Shown in pieces: positions 48,992-58,621 of a DNA stretch of 64,000 nucleotides. Made by a program: the position numbers and the translations under genes. Below the pieces are notes generated by a model. That model made no database searches. It was not told where the DNA came from and was given only the letters and a program-made list of their open reading frames with translations. The DNA is from a virus. The number at the start of each line of letters is the position of its first letter. The first letter of the stretch is position 1. Where the stretch lies: the IMG/VR virus record IMGVR_UViG_3300042475_004151, one strand, 5' to 3'.

Positions 48992-49137
48992 AACTGTTTG
49001 TTTTATTTTAAATTTTAATTATACTATAATATAACATCATTTTTTTAGGCAACCAAACTTAAGATATATACTTATATAGAGTCCCTGTAGTGGAAGACTT
49101 GGAGGCGTGCCCGAAAGGGGGGAACATAACACAAACA

Positions 49138-49192
49138 TCACATACCCCATATCCAAATCACTTATCACATACCAATACGCACCTCACATACC
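49138..49192. repeat. Three direct repeats TCACATACC in a C/A-skewed non-coding tract
   Basis: Copies at 49138, 49165 and 49184. Confidence 0.75.
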
Positions 49193-49281
49193 ACACATGC
49201 GTTTAACTCACCCGCTTACCACCCGTTATACTTGTTTGTCACCCTTTAATATCATCGATTTAAGCGCTTATTATTGCGTTT

Positions 49282-50787
49282 CTACCGCACTATTTTTATG
49301 TCAGCCGTCGTTTCAATTACCACTCTCGCACCACAACTCAATAACGGCTTAGCATCCACCCCATCACCCCCATACACTATCCTACTCGGTCCCATTATCT
49401 CTACCTCATTACAATACGTGTTTGTCTTACCTTGTTTAATTGTTATCACAGGTAATTTCGTCCCACGTTGTTTATTTGACCTAACATTATGTTGGTTAAC
49501 ATGTATTTTAGTTACTTGTTGCCTCGCCATTGTCCTTATTATCCTTAGTGTTGCTTAATTTTAATGTCGCACGTGATGTCTTATTTATCATAGACATTAT
49601 CTCATCCATCATCTTAGCTATCGTATACTCATATCCACCCATAGCCATCTTGATACACGTTGCGTTCTTATTTGATTCAGGTACATACACCGCCTCGATA
49701 AATTCTGAGTTGATGTATATTGTATTATTTGCCGTGTCCGTTAACTTGATTAAATTATTCATTATATGTTTGTTTTTTTATTATTCCTGGGTTATAGTTT
49801 GTTGTTTATTATTATTGTTGCTATTTTATCTTGAGCCACTTGTACATCTTGATCAATTCTATCAATTCTAGCATTTAGATAGCCAACAGCAAATCCATTC
49901 ATCCATAGTTGTTTATCACTCTCCTCAAATCCATATTGGTATGTCCACTGTTTTTCAGCTAGTGCTTTAATTTGATCTGTTGTCATATGTTACTGTTTAT
50001 GTATTTAATTTCATTAACATAATTCTCCGCATCATTAATATGATTACATTGTGCATCATCATAACCTGCATTATAATCCCTGATGTGTTGGTTATATTCT
50101 TTTTCAATTGCTCTAGTAAATATACCTTCCCTTTCTAGTCTTTCAAATATAGACCGTACCAATGTATTCTCTAATTCTTCAATTAACTGTTGTACTGTTG
50201 ATTTATTTTCCATATGTGTCATTATAATTTTACTTTCACGTATCTTCCACTATCACTTACCATTTGTAATGTATCTTTACCTTGCATCCATTGTACCTTA
50301 ATCCATCCTATTGTTGTATCATTCTGAACTATGATACTATGAGGTTGATCATTATTATCACTTGTAAATCCATACATCCATCCATACCCACGTAGAGTAT
50401 CAACTTTACTTCTACCTATCGCATCTTTATAGATTATTGATACTCTTGGTGAATTAGTTTCTACTCGGTAATAATACCAATACATTTGTTTATACTTTCT
50501 ACAGGAACATAATATTAGTGTAATAAATAAACATAGTATAAATACTGTTATTAGTTTCATAACTTAAAGATAGTAAATTTATTTTCCATAACTTATCGTT
50601 TAAATTTAATTAATCCTAAAATGTGTATTGGAACAACGAATGGTGCACATATCATTGATGGAACTACATATGCCAATATATCCATTAATGTAAAATAGTT
50701 CTTATCATCTCCTATTGAAGGAGTTGTAATGCACCAATATACTCCGTACACTGTCGTTAATATCCAATAAATAATTAAATATGTCAT
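49282..50787 (-). CDS. Six small hypothetical genes (49282-49530, 49508-49762, 49792-49986, 49983-50222, 50222-50560 lipoprotein-like, 50593-50787 membrane)
   Basis: Track ORFs, overlapping or abutting; 50222-50560 has a hydrophobic signal ending LCSC. Confidence 0.6.
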
Positions 50788-50800
50788 AATTTATTTTTCG

Positions 50801-50876
50801 CAGTCAGGGCCGGACTCGAACCGGATAAGCAACCATTACTGGACTCGGAACCGTTCCTCATTACGCCCACCTGACT
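50801..50876 (-). tRNA. Degenerate tRNA-like element (76 nt; anticodon arm not canonical)
   Basis: Acceptor AGTCAGG/CCTGACT plus discriminator G; T arm CCGG-TTCGAGT-CCGG; D and anticodon stems pair poorly; no encoded CCA. Confidence 0.6.
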
Positions 50877-50988
50877 ATTTTATTTCTATAATCATTCCTA
50901 TTATTCTAAATCCAATCACAATTGATGCAAACATCATTACAACATAAAATCCAATGTCTTCTATCTCATTTAGCCTATCTCTTTTCAT
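50875..50988 (-). CDS. 37-aa membrane peptide (MKRDRLNEIEDIGFYVVMMF...)
   Basis: Read from sequence; its TAG overlaps the 5' end of the tRNA-like element. Confidence 0.5.
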   Translation of the reverse strand: MKRDRLNEIEDIGFYVVMMFASIVIGFRIIGMIIEIK

Positions 50989-50989
50989 G

Positions 50990-52712
50990 TTATGATCTTT
51001 TACTTCCTATTAATTGATATGTTTCATATAGTATTCCTAATGCTTGTTCTAGCTTAAATTTAATATCTTCATCCACAGTAGCCAAAGGATGACTTAGTAA
51101 ATGAGTATCAATCATACAACATGCGACATGTGTTCTATCTAATAGTTCAAAATAATGTCCCTGATTAATTTCTATTTTTAATCGTGGTGTTGGTTTTAGT
51201 TTTGCCTTTTTTGTTGTTTTCTCTTTCATTTATTTTTTTCATTTGTCGATCGTTTCTGCGATCGTTTTTAGCTTCTCGCTGCATTTTATTCCAATTGCTT
51301 GTCTTGTCTAAGCCGTTTTTCCATTTAATATCAACTTCAATTGGACCACGTTCAAATTTATTTAAATCATATTTCCATGTCTCAGTTGTTTGTTCATCCT
51401 CATATATACGTATGAACTTGCGAGGCATGTCTTCGAGCTGCATTTCTTTAGGCCTGCCCTTACTGGTGTATGAAATCATAATACAATTCCTTTTACAACT
51501 GTGTTAGTAATATGTTTAGTCTCATCATAATTATCATTTACGCCATACCACCAATCATTATTTACATCTAATGCTATATCTTTAACTTCACTTATAACAA
51601 CATCATCATATCCACCTTCATATCCATCTACAAATACATGCAGTTCAGGGTCGAGTTGTTGTAGTTGTTCTATTAATTCTTTAACTATCATATTATTTAT
51701 TTTTTAAGTTTAAATTTGGAATTAGCTAATAAATCATCCCAATCTTTAAATCCTTGCTCAGTAGCATAAACATCATTTTTCTTTCTCCAAAATGCTTTTT
51801 TAGTTTCATCATCATGCATTTTATCAGGATCAATTCCTAATTCTTCAGCAGTTGCTCTATTACACTCATCAACACTACCTATACTGATATGAATAGGTAA
51901 ATCTGTTTCTAATGTTTCTATAAAATCTTCAAATTGGTTAGCAGCTATAAATGGCATACAATATAAACCTTCATCAATTTGATAACCACTTTTATTTTGT
52001 TTATCAAATACTTCAACTCGACCCATTCTATATCTTTCACCTAATAAACTAAATATTCCATAACCTACAGTTGAGTAATAATAACGACTTGGATGTGATA
52101 CTTCATCCATACTAATACATGATGGATTTGTTTCCATCCATGATGCTAATTTATCAATCAAATCAGAGTCTGATAGTCCTTTACTGTTGTGTATTTTGAT
52201 ATGTTTTAAATACCCCTCCAGCTTACTTCTGTTTATCTTCATAATTTATAATTTTAAGACCATAACTTAAACCAATCCATATCATTTGTTTTTTAGCCAT
52301 ATATTTAGGCCGACGTCTTTCTCTCATTATAATTTTAATAGCAGCATCTACCCACTGATTATTTTGATCTTGAGTCATTGTATATTGTTGAAACCAATTA
52401 TCAACTTTAAGAATATCTTCATATTGAACATCAGTATAACCAGCAATAATAAACATCTCATCAATGATCATTTTCATTAATTGTTCATCACTTACTTTCT
52501 TCAACCTCATATTCTCTAATTATTGTTTTAGATGGTTTAATATAGTTGTTAACAGCTGCTTCAAATAACTGGTTAGCTGTAACTTCATCTGTTGCTATAT
52601 CTATAAATGTAGATGAATTATTTTCATCAATTAATTTAATATAAAACCAAGTATTAATTTTACCTTGTTTCCATTCAACTTCTTTTTCAATTGTAAATTT
52701 TCTTTTTTGCAT
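50990..52712 (-). CDS. Six hypothetical genes (50990-51229, 51165-51479, 51476-51691, 51697-52242, 52223-52510, 52488-52712)
   Basis: Track ORFs forming an overlapping operon after promoter copy 52728-52754. Confidence 0.65.
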
Positions 52713-52754
52713 AACTTTTATTTTATTTTAAATTAATAATTTTATTTAGGTCAA

Positions 52755-54477
52755 TTAAGCGGCTTTTAATTTTGATTCATAACGTTTTGTTTCTTTTTCA
52801 TTACTTTTATCAGCTTGATCATATTCCCAAGTATAAACTTTATCAACAAAGTCTTTAAATTTTTTCTCTAACACATCATACTCTCTCTGTCTTCCATCTT
52901 CAAAATATACCACTATTTTATATTTATTACCTTTTTTATTTAATACTTTAAAACCATGAGTATAAGTAGTATCATATTTTGATCGACCATATTGTAATTC
53001 TATACTTTTACTTCTTTCAACTAATTCATTCTCATAAGTACAATGTAGTGATTTTTTAAATGAAGTACTTTCATAACCAATTTCTAACATTGATTTGAGT
53101 TTATCATCACGTATCTCAAGCGATAAAGTATTTAAAGCACTATTTAATGTTTTATAATCTTCTTCAAATTTAACTTTATTATTATTTATTTCATTATATT
53201 GAACTTTCCATGTATTCTCAAATAAATCACTAATGGTTGAGTATTTATCAACTAATTCATTTAAAAGTTTGATGTGATTAATATAAAGTGCTACACTAGA
53301 TCCTACATTAGCACTACTGTACATGATATTTAATTCTGTTTTTTTATTATAACCCTCATACCTATTAGCTAATCTAACTCTAAAATTATATCTGTCTGAG
53401 TCACTAGATATTATTTCAATTTCACTCCCATTATAATCAAATTCATCATATGTAGCTTTAATATTATCAACAAACCATCTATTGACTTTAGTTTTTAACT
53501 CAACCATAGCTGGAGTGTATGTATTTTTATTATACTGATCACATTCTTGTTGTCTAATATCAAGTTGGGCTTTAAGTGTGTCGTACAAAAACTGTTTAGT
53601 GTTCATAACCTTAATTTAAGTGTATAAAATTTAATTTTTCATCTGGTGTTACTGGAAGGTAAATTAATTCAGGTCTGTTTGGATAGGCGAATATTTGCAC
53701 CTTATCAACTCCAGCATTTATTTCTTCAATGATTAGTTCTACTTGTTCTTCATCTACCCAACCATCACCATCTATATCAACTACATTACCGACGTAATAT
53801 AAACCATCATATTGGGGAAAATCATTTTTAGTCAACATAACCTTAATTTTTATTTATAATTAAATATAGTGAATTAATCCAGGTCAATTAAAAAATCCCA
53901 TTGGGCATTAATTGCTTCTTTACCTATTATCTCTATTTCATATTCAGCTTCCATTTCCATTACTGTGCCTAATTCTCTAATTTCAACTAATTTATTCCAA
54001 TTATCAACAGTCTTATTTTCCATATAAACCTTGGTTAGTTCAAATTCTAAATCCATTAATTTTTCTAATGTCATATACTTAATTTTTATTTATAATTAAA
54101 TATAGCATATGAGTTGCGGTCAATCAAACACAACCATGTTTAGTTAGTATAGTACGGAGTTTTGTAATATCATCAGCCGTATGTTGTTTTTTTGTAATAC
54201 GATCACATATATTAGCAGATTGTCTAATATCATGTTGTAAATCGTCTATTCGAGGGCGGAAATCACCATTTTTAGACATCCAAAAATGTAATTGATTATT
54301 AAGGCAAATTTTAGCTGTGCCTATTAATTTACGATGTTCATTGTATTGTATCTCATCATAGTCAACATCATCTCCTAATATACCATTTAGATTGATATTA
54401 TACTTACGTAAATCTTGTCCCTTTTTATCTCGATTGAGAAGTTTGTCTGCGAATTTTTCAAATGGATTTTTTGACAT
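52755..54477 (-). CDS. Four hypothetical genes (52755-53606, 53611-53838, 53874-54074, 54124-54477)
   Basis: Track ORFs; promoter copies at 53861-53887 and 54097-54123; late motif at 54522-54529. Confidence 0.65.
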
Positions 54478-54529
54478 TGGTCACACATAGGGTTTATTTA
54501 ATTAGAAATAAATTGTCTGCTATAAATAT

Positions 54530-54563
54530 AAAAAAAGAGCCCCAGACTAAGAATAGTCGGGGC
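54530..54563 (-). terminator. Rho-independent terminator
   Basis: GCCCCGACTA-TTCT-TAGTCTGGGGC followed by TCTTTTTTT on the minus strand. Confidence 0.8.
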
Positions 54564-54594
54564 GAAATAAAAATTAAAAGTATGAATACAAAGT

Positions 54595-55302
54595 TTAAAT
54601 TATTTTATTTGAATATCTTTTTATTTGTGCTTCTTTCATTTTTTGTTTTGTTTCTTCTGAGTGTTTGCAACCTTTTAACTTTAAGTTAGGTTTACCTTTT
54701 AATGACTCACTACGTTTATGTTTTGTCTCTTCAGATTGTTTATTGCCGTAATGACCATGTTGTTCACCTTGTTTTGTTATATTATATTTTTTACCTTTTT
54801 TCGCCTCACTTATATTTTTTCTAGTTTCATCATTTCTTTTTGAACCAATTATATTTTTGAAACGATTCTGTATATGCTCTAATGTTTGTTTTTTACCTTT
54901 ATTTTTATTTTTATTTCCTTTAATTAATCTTTCTTTAGCTATTCCTATTCTAGGTTTTCCTTTCGTGGCTTTACTTATATTTATTGCTCTAGTTGGATGA
55001 TTTTGAGATTTTAACTTCATTTCTTCTGTCCAATATTCAGGACCACTACCGCCTTTTTTACGTTTATTTATTACTTCAAACCCCCACTGTTTAAATTGTT
55101 CAATCCAATATGTTTCTAATGGTTCCCAATTGTATTTAATTAATGACTCTATTTGATCTATAACAGTAAATTTGATTTGTTTACCATATGTTTTTTCATG
55201 AGCTTCTTTTCTCCAATTTAAATTTTTAGTCTTACCTATATAAACTTTATTAGTTCCTTTTTCTATATTTTCAATTAAATATATATAAGTGATGTTTGTC
55301 AT
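54595..55302 (-). CDS. Free-standing GIY-YIG homing endonuclease with NUMOD3-type repeats
   Basis: YIYLIEN..VYIGKT..LETYWI..N..KGG; repeats such as GNKQSEETKHKRSE and CKHSEETKQKMKE. Confidence 0.85.
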   Translation of the reverse strand: MTNITYIYLIENIEKGTNKVYIGKTKNLNWRKEAHEKTYGKQIKFTVIDQIESLIKYNWEPLETYWIEQFKQWGFEVINKRKKGGSGPEYWTEEMKLKSQNHPTRAINISKATKGKPRIGIAKERLIKGNKNKNKGKKQTLEHIQNRFKNIIGSKRNDETRKNISEAKKGKKYNITKQGEQHGHYGNKQSEETKHKRSESLKGKPNLKLKGCKHSEETKQKMKEAQIKRYSNKII

Positions 55303-55338
55303 ATTAATAAATATCTCTGCATACCCATAAAGTGGTCT

Positions 55339-55722
55339 TTATTCAATCATAAAAGGATTGTTGGAAAAAATTTCATAGTAGCACATCCATTTATATTTTC
55401 TCTCCATTCTATTAGCCTCTCGTTCTAATGGATGGTTTTTATAACTATATGTCTCTTGTAATTTATTATATTTTCGTTTTATACTCTGATGGTAATGAGT
55501 ATATTCATGAATAACTGTGCCTATAAATCCTACAAATGTTCTATGTTTACCTTTATAGACATGTATTTCATTATTATAAACATCATAACATCCTGCCCAC
55601 TCACCTTTCTTATGAAATACTAATTTGGGATAAGAACCATTTATAGTACTAGCACCAAATGTTTTTTTACACCAATCAAAAATTTTAACTGTGTTTTTCC
55701 TGTTTATGTCTACTGTATTCAT
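55339..55722 (-). CDS. SprT-like zincin metallopeptidase domain protein
   Basis: TVIHEYTHYHQ..HPLEREAN. Confidence 0.7.
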   Translation of the reverse strand: MNTVDINRKNTVKIFDWCKKTFGASTINGSYPKLVFHKKGEWAGCYDVYNNEIHVYKGKHRTFVGFIGTVIHEYTHYHQSIKRKYNKLQETYSYKNHPLEREANRMERKYKWMCYYEIFSNNPFMIE

Positions 55723-56008
55723 GGTTTAGTTCTTTTAATATTTTTTGAATTTCAATACACTCTTCAAACATATCGTTTTCTGAGAATGCACTTAGACAAG
55801 TATTAAGAGACACAACCCACTGATCACGATTAAGTATAAACTCAACCATTTCATTTTTTATATGAAGTGTAAATGCTGTTACCTGTTTACGCTTACGTTT
55901 ATCATTAAACGCTTTTTTAATTTGATTGAATACTTCAACTGATATACTTATATCTTTACTTTCTATCTTGTTCTTAAACTCCTCAATCGACTCAAATTTA
56001 AACACCAT
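55685..56008 (-). CDS. Hypothetical protein with UVR-like C-terminal helix pair (paralog of 60370..60690)
   Basis: W..SL..C..FEECIEIQKIL. Confidence 0.6.
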   Translation of the reverse strand: MVFKFESIEEFKNKIESKDISISVEVFNQIKKAFNDKRKRKQVTAFTLHIKNEMVEFILNRDQWVVSLNTCLSAFSENDMFEECIEIQKILKELNHEYSRHKQEKHS

Positions 56009-56049
56009 AGTCAGTATTTGATATAAATATACCAGATGAAGCGGAGTGT

Positions 56050-56838
56050 TTAATTAACAAACTCCTCAGCCAGCTCCCATAATGCCTCATTGATCTTCAA
56101 ATCCTGGCTGAAATTCTTGACTGCTCTAGCTTTGCGTGTTTTAACTCCATTCATATAACTACAGCCGCCGCTGATTAATTTTTCTTGAACTCGATTAAAC
56201 ACAACCCATAAATTATTACCTTCATCTGCTTTACGCTCAGCTACTAACAATTCACTTAAATCAACTTTAACACCCTCACCAAATCTAACCGCAGATGCTT
56301 TTTCAGCAAACTTAGTTACTTGTTTATCACTTAATTCGATGTTTTGAAATTTGTTAATTTTTTCAACTAGTCCTGGAAATGATCCAACTGCCTCATTAAT
56401 TTTTTCAGTTAATTCAGCAAATGTATATCCCATGTGGCGTAGTTTAAAATCACCATAACTAGTATCCATAACTACTAATCCATTTGAACATACTAATCTA
56501 AACAATCCAATTTGAAACTTAAATGAACTTAATCCATCATGACTATTTGTTAATAGTATTTGTGGAAATACATCATCTCCATTAACACCTTCAATCACAA
56601 TGTCTGGATTAAAAAACTTAATCATGTGTCGTTGATAACCTTTAGTAGATTTTTTACGAGCTTTAATCTCAACCGCTTGGCACGGCTTCCAACCTAATGA
56701 CATCATGTCATTTATTACTCTGTCGGTCGGAATGTGAACGTAATGTTCACTCAGGTTAGCTTTTTGCTTTGTCTGAAAAATACTTGGAGCTGCTTGTTTG
56801 ACCTGCTCCATGGTCAATTCTGTGAATACGTTACTCAT
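56050..56838 (-). CDS. DUF932/DUF945-family protein
   Basis: SEHYVHIPT, LLTNSHDG..GLFRLVCSNGL, RKADEGNNLWVVFNRVQE, NEALWELA. Confidence 0.85.
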   Translation of the reverse strand: MSNVFTELTMEQVKQAAPSIFQTKQKANLSEHYVHIPTDRVINDMMSLGWKPCQAVEIKARKKSTKGYQRHMIKFFNPDIVIEGVNGDDVFPQILLTNSHDGLSSFKFQIGLFRLVCSNGLVVMDTSYGDFKLRHMGYTFAELTEKINEAVGSFPGLVEKINKFQNIELSDKQVTKFAEKASAVRFGEGVKVDLSELLVAERKADEGNNLWVVFNRVQEKLISGGCSYMNGVKTRKARAVKNFSQDLKINEALWELAEEFVN

Positions 56839-56890
56839 AATTTTTAATTTTTATTTATATAATAAATTTAACGTACAAACTGCGGTCAAA

Positions 56891-57151
56891 CTAACTGAAT
56901 TGTTGGATAGTACTAATCAATTGACCACGACTCATAATACCTGATTGGCGATATACAATATTTTCACCTATTTCAAATATAATTGTTGGGACACTTGAAA
57001 TCATATATTTAGATACTAATTCACTACTTGTATCAACATCTATTTTATTAAAATTAACCCCAGTCTCATTCATTACTCCATCAAATACTGGACTAAATGA
57101 TTTACATGGTCCACACCAAGCAGGAGCTGTAAAGTATAAAATTTTTAACAT
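56891..57151 (-). CDS. trxA: Thioredoxin
   Basis: WCGPC; SVPT. Confidence 0.9.
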   Translation of the reverse strand: MLKILYFTAPAWCGPCKSFSPVFDGVMNETGVNFNKIDVDTSSELVSKYMISSVPTIIFEIGENIVYRQSGIMSRGQLISTIQQFS

Positions 57152-57157
57152 ATTATT

Positions 57158-57766
57158 TTAATTTTTAAATTTCCAAATATAATTATAAGCTGTTTTTTGT
57201 TTTCCCCTACATACAGCTCCTATTCCATCATTATTAGGCTTATTAAAAAACAATTGAGCTTCTTTTTGTGAGTTCCATTCCTGAATAAAATTTCCTTGTA
57301 AATCAAATTGCAAAACAGGTGATATATACCAAGTATTTTTTCTTCCTATTAAATGTCCTCGTTTTTCTTTTATTTTAATTTTATGTTCATTAGTAAATGT
57401 TTTACCTTTAAAATAACTTACTCTTCCTTTATTAGATTCACTTATTTTTAACCCTCGCTCTTTATTATTCTTTAATTTAATCTTCATCTCCTCAGTCCAA
57501 AATTCTAACCCACCTCCTCCTTTTTTATTATTATTCACAATTTTAAATCCCCATTGTCTGAATTGTTCTAACCAATATGTTTCTAATGGTTCCCAATTTT
57601 TTCTATATAATGATTTTACTTGATCTATAATAGTGAAATTGATTTGTTTACCGTATGTTATTTTATGTTGATTTTTTCTAATAAAAGGAGATTTAGTTTT
57701 ACCTATATAAACTTTATTAGGATCTCCATAACAATTCTCAACTAAATATATATATGTGATATTCAT
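57158..57766 (-). CDS. Free-standing GIY-YIG homing endonuclease with NUMOD3/NUMOD1-type DNA-binding domains
   Basis: N-terminus closely similar to 54595..55302; PVLQFDLQGNFIQEWNSQKEA..CRGKQKTAYNYIWKF. Confidence 0.85.
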   Translation of the reverse strand: MNITYIYLVENCYGDPNKVYIGKTKSPFIRKNQHKITYGKQINFTIIDQVKSLYRKNWEPLETYWLEQFRQWGFKIVNNNKKGGGGLEFWTEEMKIKLKNNKERGLKISESNKGRVSYFKGKTFTNEHKIKIKEKRGHLIGRKNTWYISPVLQFDLQGNFIQEWNSQKEAQLFFNKPNNDGIGAVCRGKQKTAYNYIWKFKN

Positions 57767-57812
57767 CTATTATAAATATTCCCACACACCCATAAAGTAG
57801 TCTTCATATTAT

Positions 57813-58130
57813 TTATTTAAAAAATTTTAAAAAATTATACCATCTACGTTTTGTTTTAAATGGTACTTCAAATGGTTTTGTATTATTATCACATCTAACA
57901 ACACCTCCATATCTAACCATCATCATTTGTATTAATATCTGATGCCATTCATTAGGTATTTTTTCAAAATCAGCTTTAATCTCAATAGGTAATTCAATTA
58001 TTGGGTATGATGCATCACCAGTGAATAACATTAAATGATCTTTCATTTGAACAGTATAGGATGACTTAACTGTAAGATGTTGTCCATTTCCTATATGATA
58101 CTGACCCTGCTTACTATTTACTTTAGCCAT
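57813..58130 (-). CDS. Hypothetical protein
   Basis: Track ORF. Confidence 0.6.
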   Translation of the reverse strand: MAKVNSKQGQYHIGNGQHLTVKSSYTVQMKDHLMLFTGDASYPIIELPIEIKADFEKIPNEWHQILIQMMMVRYGGVVRCDNNTKPFEVPFKTKRRWYNFLKFFK

Positions 58131-58144
58131 ATATTAAATATAAT

Positions 58145-58576
58145 TTATTTAATTTTAATATCCAAATTTTTCTCTCTCAACGCTATAACATGTTTACAAT
58201 TACCTTTACTTCTCCAAAATCCCATACATGTACATTTATAAGTATTTTTATTTGGATTGTAAGTTGTTTTATACTTACCCATTGAACCATCAATATGTTC
58301 AATTATTTTTTTCTGTTTTGGTTTAATCCAAACAACATCTTCAAATTTAGTTTCTGGATGTACTTCTATCCACATTGGGACTAGATATGTTTTATTGTCT
58401 CTATCTGATTTATAAATTGTTGGAGGTAAATGATGTTCAATATGATATTTAAATCGACTAGCGTAACTAGATATGATTTCATCTCGTTTAGGATAAATTA
58501 CAATTGGTTCTGTTGAACTAACTATTTCATTTATAACTGTCCCATTTGTGAACATTTTCTTAAGTGTCCATAACAT
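58145..58576 (-). CDS. SWIM zinc-finger protein
   Basis: CTCMGFWRSKGNCKHV; promoter copy 58599-58625. Confidence 0.75.
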   Translation of the reverse strand: MLWTLKKMFTNGTVINEIVSSTEPIVIYPKRDEIISSYASRFKYHIEHHLPPTIYKSDRDNKTYLVPMWIEVHPETKFEDVVWIKPKQKKIIEHIDGSMGKYKTTYNPNKNTYKCTCMGFWRSKGNCKHVIALREKNLDIKIK

Positions 58577-58621
58577 AACCTTAATTTTTATTTATAACTA
58601 AATATAATAACCTAATCTAGG

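Noticed and set aside
50801-50876. Functional tRNA-Leu(CAG)
   Set aside because: The anticodon stem does not pair and the long variable arm of tRNA-Leu is absent; kept only as tRNA-like.
520-52480. Other plus-strand ORFs in the track (e.g. 520, 4120, 7292, 11243, 14868, 35377, 49274, 49530, 51184)
   Set aside because: Nearly all lie antisense to better-supported minus-strand genes and lack recognisable motifs.
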